Origin: a virus
Lineage: Duplodnaviria; Caudoviricetes
Virus record (IMG/VR): IMGVR_UViG_3300032307_000095
Span: 1-62,271 of that record
Length of the DNA: 62,271 nucleotides
Direction: 5' to 3' (one strand)
Shown here: positions 36,814 through 43,269 of the stretch, piece by piece
How the letters are laid out: every line of letters starts with the position of its first letter
Numbering within the stretch: position 1 is the stretch's first letter
Notes under the pieces: model-generated
Databases searched by the model: none
Told to the model about the DNA's origin: nothing
What the model saw: the letters and a program-made list of their open reading frames with translations, nothing else
Translations under genes and position numbers: made by a program

Positions 36814-37958
36814 GCTTTCTCTCCTTGCTGTTTAAAGTCCTCGAACAACATCTCTGCATAGTTTGTCGTAGGCACATGGCCCACGGGCATCTGCTTGAGC
36901 TCCATAATCTCCTCGGCGAACACAAGCGTTAGGAACTTGCTCACTGCTGTTGATGCAGTGGAATAGCTAAGCTCGACGGGGATGTTCGAGGCATGCACCC
37001 CCATGCTGAACGACCGCACACCTGACGCCACGCACATGAGTCCCAGCGATGCCTTGAGAAAGTTGGCATGCTTGGTCTCCTCGGGCTGGTCACTGCGCAT
37101 GAGGTCCAACACCTCGTGGCATTTGCCGTACCACTCAGCTCTGCGCTTCTGTGATTCCTGCACCCGTGCTTCGTGCTCAGGGCTTCCCGCTTCAAAGTGG
37201 TAGCCATACCCCGACCATGTCGGCTTGTTGTTGAACGCCGACGCGAACACCTGTGTGTTGACGTACGCATGCTCAACCTCCCTGTGCTGGCCTTGGCCCT
37301 GATACCGGCGCTCCATCCTCGTCGTTACTCCGAGCGTGTCGGCAAGCATCGTCTTGGGCAGTGCCAGTATCTTCTTTGCCTCGAACGGGTCGTCCTCGTT
37401 GGACTTCTCGCGCTCTTGTGTGAGCAGTGAGACCATGCCCTTGTGGTAGTTCAGCATCTCTTTGTACTTGGCCCTAACATTGTTAGCCTTGGCCCGGTTG
37501 GGTGCCCATACGCGCACACCCTCAGCGTTCCTGACTTCCCACTTACCAGCACGGCCCGGCTCCACGGGTACGCGCACCAGCTCGATGCTCTGGCCTTGCT
37601 TGAGTGGGTGCTTGTTGTCCCGGCGGTTGAGGTACAGGATGAGCATGCCCTTCGTTCTGTTTGCGCTCGTATCGGGCAGCAACCCTGTGATGAACGCGCA
37701 CGTAAACGATGACGGCCACTTGCCCGGCGTGACCACCACACCGCCGTCTTGCTTGAATGTCACCACCGCCGTGTCGTAGAGCACGCACTCGAGACTACCC
37801 TCTGCGTTCTCTTGTATATACATGTGCGCATCCCTGCGTGCGCCCAGTGGCTTGCGCCCCATACGTGCACCGCTTCGCAGTGGCTTGATCTGATCGAACC
37901 ACTTCTTGGCCCCTTCGTAGCTGTATATGTACGGCAGTCTGCGTGTTGATTGAAACAT
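36810..37958 (-). CDS. Hypothetical early protein, 382 aa
   Basis: Long ORF with AAGGAG RBS. Confidence 0.75.
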   Translation of the reverse strand: MFQSTRRLPYIYSYEGAKKWFDQIKPLRSGARMGRKPLGARRDAHMYIQENAEGSLECVLYDTAVVTFKQDGGVVVTPGKWPSSFTCAFITGLLPDTSANRTKGMLILYLNRRDNKHPLKQGQSIELVRVPVEPGRAGKWEVRNAEGVRVWAPNRAKANNVRAKYKEMLNYHKGMVSLLTQEREKSNEDDPFEAKKILALPKTMLADTLGVTTRMERRYQGQGQHREVEHAYVNTQVFASAFNNKPTWSGYGYHFEAGSPEHEARVQESQKRRAEWYGKCHEVLDLMRSDQPEETKHANFLKASLGLMCVASGVRSFSMGVHASNIPVELSYSTASTAVSKFLTLVFAEEIMELKQMPVGHVPTTNYAEMLFEDFKQQGEKA

Positions 37959-37959
37959 G

Positions 37960-38127
37960 TCAATTCTCCTTGTTGAGTCGGTAAACCTTGATCTGCTTCA
38001 AGGTCGGGTGGCTGGTCTGGTATCGCTTCTTGGCGATCTCCATCGTTGCACATTCCATAGTCTCTGCAACCCACATGCCGAACCTTGCGCTCCAGCCTGT
38101 GACGTAATATCTATTGAGTCCGCTCAT
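37960..38127 (-). CDS. Hypothetical protein (start MSGLNRYY)
   Basis: ATGA overlap with the upstream ORF. Confidence 0.55.
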   Translation of the reverse strand: MSGLNRYYVTGWSARFGMWVAETMECATMEIAKKRYQTSHPTLKQIKVYRLNKEN

Positions 38128-38309
38128 ACACCACTCCCATCTAACAGCCCGAGGGCTAACATTGTTAGGAACACCACAGCGAGCACAACAAACCAGATCA
38201 GCTCGGCTCGGTCGCTCATTGACTCCCTGTGCGTTGGTATGGGCTCGGCTGGCCCCGTGTATTTGACGGGGGGCTTGGTTTGGGGTTTGGGTTTGTTTGG
38301 TGCAGTCAT
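38124..38309 (-). CDS. Small membrane protein
   Basis: C-terminal TM LIWFVVLAVVFLTMLALGLL; LTML is encoded by a palindrome copy. Confidence 0.55.
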   Translation of the reverse strand: MTAPNKPKPQTKPPVKYTGPAEPIPTHRESMSDRAELIWFVVLAVVFLTMLALGLLDGSGV

Positions 38310-38539
38310 GAGCGTGTCTGCTTCTGGTTGGTGTTGCGCAGGGTGGTGGGTGCACTCTGGGTGGTAACGTATTGGTAGTTACCCTTGCCGTACTCTTGGA
38401 CAACGCACCAACTCATGCGCTCCATACGGGCAGCTTCTTCGCCGCAGAACTTGCACAGGCGGTAGCCGAGGGCCCAACGCTCGATGTGCACATCGTCGCC
38501 GCACTCGCGGCACTCTTTCCAATCGTGATCGACTGACAT
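38306..38539 (-). CDS. TraR/DksA-like C4 zinc-finger protein
   Basis: CRECGDDVHIERWALGYRLCKFC fits C-x2-C-G...R...C-x2-C; first gene after an early promoter. Confidence 0.6.
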   Translation of the reverse strand: MSVDHDWKECRECGDDVHIERWALGYRLCKFCGEEAARMERMSWCVVQEYGKGNYQYVTTQSAPTTLRNTNQKQTRS

Positions 38540-38652
38540 GTCTAACCTTTCTAATTGACTTCTGATGGGCCTAACATTGTTAGGTGAGGACTGGATGGGG
38601 CTTGGTACGTGCGAGCCTGAACCCACATTTACTTTTCTCCCAACCAGCTTAT

Positions 38653-38681
38653 ATTGTAACACATTATAAGACCTAAGTCAA
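38653..38681 (-). promoter_or_regulatory. Early sigma70 promoter TTGACT-17-TACAAT (copy 2)
   Basis: Same -35/-10 and flanks as copy 1; only the middle of the spacer and one upstream base differ. Confidence 0.85.
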
Positions 38682-38716
38682 GCGATCTAGTCTTGGCCGA
38701 GACTAAAGCTCCCCTC

Positions 38717-39157
38717 TCATTTCTGCTTTGGTTTGGGCAGTGCAGCAAGGGGTTGGTCGCCCCATGCGTCGAGCAGCAGCTCGGGAATCACCGCAGCTTC
38801 ACCTCCACTCCCCTTTGTGTATTCGTAGATAGCACGGCGCATGATGGACGAGTTGGGCAGCAGGGTGGCTCGGGAGAGGGCGTCGAGTGGGGCGCGGTCG
38901 GTGGGTGGCAGTGTCAGGACGATGGTGCGGTTGCGGGTGATGCGGGTGGGCAGTGAGGGGTCGGCACGGAGCAGGGCGGGGATGTTGGGTGGGCGGTAGC
39001 TGTCGGGGTCGTGGGTGAAGGCGTTGATGGCATCGCGTACGGTGGCGGCGATGGTGCGCTTGTGGGTGGCGGCGTGGTGCTTGACCTGTTTGTGCAGGAG
39101 GGCAGTGATGTTGACGCTAACAATGTTAGATAGGCGGAAGGGTTCGAGAGGGCGCAT
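38717..39157 (-). CDS. Tandem ribbon-helix-helix DNA-binding protein
   Basis: Two RHH-like units: IVSVNI..LHKQV..A..KRTIAATVRDAINAF and TIVLTL..DRAPLDALS..LPNSSIMRRAIYEY. GGAG RBS. Confidence 0.6.
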   Translation of the reverse strand: MRPLEPFRLSNIVSVNITALLHKQVKHHAATHKRTIAATVRDAINAFTHDPDSYRPPNIPALLRADPSLPTRITRNRTIVLTLPPTDRAPLDALSRATLLPNSSIMRRAIYEYTKGSGGEAAVIPELLLDAWGDQPLAALPKPKQK

Positions 39158-39228
39158 TGTGTACTCCAGTAAAGTGCAAAAAGAGGGTGTTGGGAGCATA
39201 ACATATATGTAATGGTGAGGTCAAGCGT

Positions 39229-39705
39229 GTTACGTAACGCGGGATTACATATAATCTGAAAACGTAACGCGCTAAGTTGTTGATTTGATTGAAGAAAAAG
39301 ATGGTTGGGGGTGTTTATGTTTTAAAGTTTTAAGAAATAATATTGAACAGGAGTTTTTTTTCTTCGGAGATTTGCCTCGTTGCGTCGCACTTGCTGGAAG
39401 GCCTTGCCGATCTCAGAAAAAAAAGTCCACTCTCAATTTTTAAAACGCATAACATTTCCCAATCTAGCATCCATGCGGGTTTCAAGAGGTTTTTGCCCTT
39501 AAAAAACGTAACGCGAAGTTTCACACGGCCCCCCAAAAACGTAACGCGCCCCGCTACTGCCGCCCAGAGAACGGTCATCGGGAAAATTTAGGCAAAAAAG
39601 AGTTTGACGAAAGCCAAAAATAGTGATATGCTGCACGCAGCATATCAGTCAGGGCAACGGTGCAACGCCGCTACTGCCGACCAGAGAACGGTCATCAGAA
39701 AATTT
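39229..39705. other. Non-coding iteron-like region, candidate replication origin
   Basis: ACGTAACGCG at 39232, 39262, 39506, 39539; 29-bp direct repeat 39551-39579 / 39668-39696; IHF-consensus site 39273-39285; AT-rich core. Confidence 0.55.
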
Positions 39706-39763
39706 CTGACCAACCCCCAAAGACAAAAGCCCCGCCTAACAATGTTAGGGCAGGGCCAGACGC

Positions 39764-39788
39764 AAAAAAGCCCCGGACATGCCGGGGC
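39764..39788 (-). terminator. Intrinsic terminator after the first early transcript
   Basis: Minus strand GCCCCGG-catgt-CCGGGGC followed by TTTTTT. Confidence 0.8.
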
Positions 39789-39805
39789 GTTGGAAGGTGG
39801 AAGGG

Positions 39806-39994
39806 TTACTCGAAACGCAAACCAGATGATGGGTCAATCAGGCCGACGATGTTGCGAACGTTGACGGCCCGCCCGATTTCGCTGATTGCTTGCGTTAGCT
39901 CAGGCAAGGTAATCAAGCCACTCGCATACATTTGGATTTGATCCATCGCCATGTTGTGCAGGGTTTGCATTTGGTTTTGTGTCATGGTTTCCAT
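39806..39994 (-). CDS. Hypothetical early protein
   Basis: RBS AGGAG overlapping the end of palindrome 40005. Confidence 0.6.
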   Translation of the reverse strand: METMTQNQMQTLHNMAMDQIQMYASGLITLPELTQAISEIGRAVNVRNIVGLIDPSSGLRFE

Positions 39995-40038
39995 TTGGTT
40001 TCTCCTAACAATGTTAGGGGGCCAAGGCCCCCCGTGGT

Positions 40039-40557
40039 TTACAGCATGCTCAGGTCAACACCCAAGGCGATCAAAGCCCCGCCGATTTTGGTCAGCGCAT
40101 CGGATTCTTTATCGCTCAGAGACTCAGCACGTTTGCCAGCCTTATAAAGTACGGTCAATTCCTCGATGTATCGGCGCGCCAGCGAACGGGTTTCGCGAGT
40201 ATTGCCACCCTCAGACTCGCCAGCCTCAGCGCCAGCCTCAGACTTTTCAGGCACGCCCTCGATGTATTCCTGTGCATACTTACGCACACGCGCCCAGATT
40301 GTGGAAGGGTTCGAGTGTTGCGCCGCCTTGAGCACCGCGAACAATGCTTTCTTTTCGGCATGCACAGGCTTGGCCGTGTCGCTGGTGTCATTGTGCTCGA
40401 CCAGATACCACTCAGCAGGAAGGACAGCGCACAGGGTTTGCGCATACTCGCGCATAGCACCATACGAGGAGGCGAGGGCATCGCCGACCGCGAGACGCTT
40501 GGCATTGAGAACGTCAGCAGTGACGGGGGAAACGGAAGTGATGTTGACTTGAGACAT
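40039..40557 (-). CDS. First early gene, helical hypothetical protein
   Basis: 172 aa; promoter and palindromes upstream. Confidence 0.7.
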   Translation of the reverse strand: MSQVNITSVSPVTADVLNAKRLAVGDALASSYGAMREYAQTLCAVLPAEWYLVEHNDTSDTAKPVHAEKKALFAVLKAAQHSNPSTIWARVRKYAQEYIEGVPEKSEAGAEAGESEGGNTRETRSLARRYIEELTVLYKAGKRAESLSDKESDALTKIGGALIALGVDLSML

Positions 40558-40645
40558 TTTCTAACCTTCTAACAATGTTAGCCCTTGCAATGTGCGCCCG
40601 GCTATCTGAGGCATCGAGACAACCCTTCGCTGTCTTGATGTGTCC

Positions 40646-40674
40646 ATTGTAGCAAAACGCACCACACTATGCAA
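40646..40674 (-). promoter_or_regulatory. Early promoter TTGCAT-17-TACAAT
   Basis: Bracketed by palindrome copies at 40569 and 40698. Confidence 0.65.
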
Positions 40675-41101
40675 GCAGAACGTGAACAATAAATGGGCTA
40701 ACAATGTTAGGTCATGACCAGAGATGAAGACCAAAGCCGGGGCCAACGCCAAAAAAATCCCAAAAACGAAGACCCCACCGTACCGGCACCCCCCAAATAG
40801 GCCAAAAGGGGACCCGAAATCCACTACACACTGTGCCGCACAATCGATGAGCTGTTTTCAAACTCGGATACCGCGGTTTTAAAATTCATTCGGGTTTACC
40901 CCACCCCCGCCATACAGGGAACACACCCCCTTCCAAAATAAACGGGTCGGCCAAAAAAAATTTTGCAAAAATTTTGGGTTTGATGTTACATTTCAGTCGT
41001 TGGTTAAGCGTCTGATCCGAACTCAACAGCGGCAGGGTCGCGTAGGATTGGGGGAACCCGGTCGCCAACACCCCATTCATTTTCATTGGTGCGGTTACCC
41101 G

Positions 41102-41746
41102 ATGATTCCTATTGAGCCAGTGGCAGACGTCCCTCTGCCGTTTGATCTGTCCGATGAGCAGCCCAAGACTCATGCGGATGCTATTTCTGTTGCTGTGAAC
41201 ACTGCTGACCTGATCGGACAATTAGGCGGCTCGCTCGACTTCACAAGCGACGACCTTACCAAAGCAACCAGCCTCATCAGCGGCACCAAAAAGACCGGTG
41301 CGCCCACACACGTAAAGCTCTCAGGCGAAGCTGCTGCTGCGTCAGCAGTCATAAAGAGATTCGACTTTCAAGCTTTTGCCGATGCCCAGCAAGCGCGGAA
41401 CTTTGTCACGAACAAACTCATTCAGATCGCAGACTGCGGAGACACCAAGCTCGAGCTCAAGGCTCTGGAGCTGCTCGGCAAGCACAGCGACGTGGGTCTG
41501 TTCACTGAGCGCAGTGAGATTACTGTGCACCACACAACGTCCAGCTCTCTGGAGCAGTCGATTAAGGAACGCGTCAAGCGCCTGCTCAATACAGAGGTCA
41601 CAGACATCACGCCACTGGACGACTTGGACGAGCAGCTCGGACCGCCGCTCGAGATTGAGCCGATCAGATACGAGGAAAAGGCCGAGGGCTCCGAAGAAAA
41701 AGACCTAGACCCCGAAAATCCAGACGCTGAGGGCGACGGCAAATGA
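41102..41746 (+). CDS. Terminase small subunit (probable)
   Basis: Directly upstream of TerL; ELKALELLGKH..VGLF motif. Start codon uncertain. Confidence 0.65.
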   Translation: MIPIEPVADVPLPFDLSDEQPKTHADAISVAVNTADLIGQLGGSLDFTSDDLTKATSLISGTKKTGAPTHVKLSGEAAAASAVIKRFDFQAFADAQQARNFVTNKLIQIADCGDTKLELKALELLGKHSDVGLFTERSEITVHHTTSSSLEQSIKERVKRLLNTEVTDITPLDDLDEQLGPPLEIEPIRYEEKAEGSEEKDLDPENPDAEGDGK

Positions 41747-43260
41747 GTGACATCTCACTCAAGGACATTGAGACCCTGCTCGCCAGTGGCAAGCTGTCAG
41801 ATTCTGATATGCGCGTGCTCGAAGCGCAGCTAACCAAGCTGGAGCAGTTGAAAGCCCGTGAGCTGAGCCAGACGAAGTTCATCAAATTCGTGGAAAAGGT
41901 GTGGCCGACCTTCATTTCTGGGCGGCACCACAAGCGGATGGCGGAAGCCTTCGAGCGGGTGGCCAACGGCCAGACAAAACGCCTCATTATTAATATGCCA
42001 CCCCGGCATACCAAGTCAGAATTTGCGTCCTATCTGCTGCCAGCGTGGTTTTTGGGCAAATTTCCACACAAAAAAGTCATTCAAAGCTCCAACACGGGCG
42101 AATTGGCGGTCGGTTTCGGTCGAAAAGTGCGAAATTTGGTGGATTCTGAGGTCTACAAGAGCGTTTTTCCCGATCTGAGCCTGCAGTCCGACTCGAAAGC
42201 TGCGGGCCGATGGAACACCAGCAAGGGTGGTGACTATTTTGCGATCGGTGTGGGTGGTACGGTGACTGGTAAAGGCGCTGACTTGCTCATCATCGACGAT
42301 CCACACTCAGAACAAGAGGCTGCTATGGCAGCTTCGAACCCAGAAGTCTATGACAAGGTGTTCGAGTGGTACACGTCAGGTCCGCGTCAGCGTCTGCAGC
42401 CGGGTGGGTCGATCATCATCGTGATGACACGCTGGGCTCAGCGAGATTTGACGGGTCAGGTGCTGAAGTCCGCTGCTCAGCGCGGGGGTGAGGAGTGGGA
42501 GGTCATCGAGTTTCCTGCCATCTTGCCTTCGGGTAATCCCCTATGGCCGGAGTTCTGGTCCAAGGAAGAACTCGAAGCGCTGCACGAGGAATTGCCCAAC
42601 GCCAAGTGGCAGGCGCAGTACCAGCAGAACCCCGTGGGTAACGAGAGTGCGATCGTTAAACGGGACTGGTGGAAGTGGTGGGAGAAGGACGAGCCGCCTG
42701 AGTGCGACTACATCTTGCAGACATGGGACACGGCGTTCGAGAAAACGCAGCGGGCCGACTACTCCGCTGGGACGACGTGGGGGGTGTTTACAAATGACGA
42801 GGACAACTCCTCAGCCAACATCATCTTGCTCGACACATATAAGAAGCGTGTTGAGTGGGTGGACCTGAAAAAAGACGTGTTGCGCCAGTACAACGACTGG
42901 GAGCCCGATGGCATGCTGGTCGAGAAAAAGGCGTCGGGTGCTCCGCTGATCTATGAGTTGCGGGCGATGGGCATACCGGTCCAAGAATACACGCCAGGTA
43001 AGGGGCAGGACAAAATTGCCCGTCTTAACTCGGTCTCAGACATAATTGCGTCGGGCAAAGTGTGGGTTCCGCGCACCCGATGGGCCGAAGAGCTGGTGGA
43101 TGAAATCGCTGCTTTTCCTTCTGGTGAACACGACGACTTGGTTGACGCCACAACATTGGCGCTCATGAGGTTCCGACAAGGTGGGTTCTTGAGGTTGCCG
43201 AGCGACGAGCCGGAGCCAGTTCGACTCTTCAAGTCCCACCGACGAACCGCTTACTATTAA
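41743..43260 (+). CDS. terL: Terminase large subunit
   Basis: NMPPRHTKS, IIDDP, MTRW, WDTA and HDDLVD motifs. Confidence 0.96.
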   Translation: MSDISLKDIETLLASGKLSDSDMRVLEAQLTKLEQLKARELSQTKFIKFVEKVWPTFISGRHHKRMAEAFERVANGQTKRLIINMPPRHTKSEFASYLLPAWFLGKFPHKKVIQSSNTGELAVGFGRKVRNLVDSEVYKSVFPDLSLQSDSKAAGRWNTSKGGDYFAIGVGGTVTGKGADLLIIDDPHSEQEAAMAASNPEVYDKVFEWYTSGPRQRLQPGGSIIIVMTRWAQRDLTGQVLKSAAQRGGEEWEVIEFPAILPSGNPLWPEFWSKEELEALHEELPNAKWQAQYQQNPVGNESAIVKRDWWKWWEKDEPPECDYILQTWDTAFEKTQRADYSAGTTWGVFTNDEDNSSANIILLDTYKKRVEWVDLKKDVLRQYNDWEPDGMLVEKKASGAPLIYELRAMGIPVQEYTPGKGQDKIARLNSVSDIIASGKVWVPRTRWAEELVDEIAAFPSGEHDDLVDATTLALMRFRQGGFLRLPSDEPEPVRLFKSHRRTAYY

Positions 43261-43269
43261 GGACTGGAT

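Larger units (their letters stand above)
28082..40710. repeat. Dispersed 13-bp palindrome CTAACA(A/T)TGTTAG, 16 exact + 2 near copies
   Basis: Exact starts: 28082, 31157, 31839, 33082, 34061, 34466, 35146, 35882, 37474, 38156, 38571, 39117, 39736, 40005, 40569, 40698. Near copies: 32612 (1 mismatch), 36432 (2 mismatches). Confidence 0.95.

Noticed and set aside
39330-39941. ORFs in the origin-like region
   Set aside because: No RBS, and the translations simply mirror the DNA repeats.
28082-40710. Palindrome array as CRISPR, REP elements or N4-type hairpin promoters
   Set aside because: The copies are 13 bp, hundreds of bases apart and often intragenic. No cas operon or phage RNA polymerase was recognised, and sigma70 promoters are present separately.
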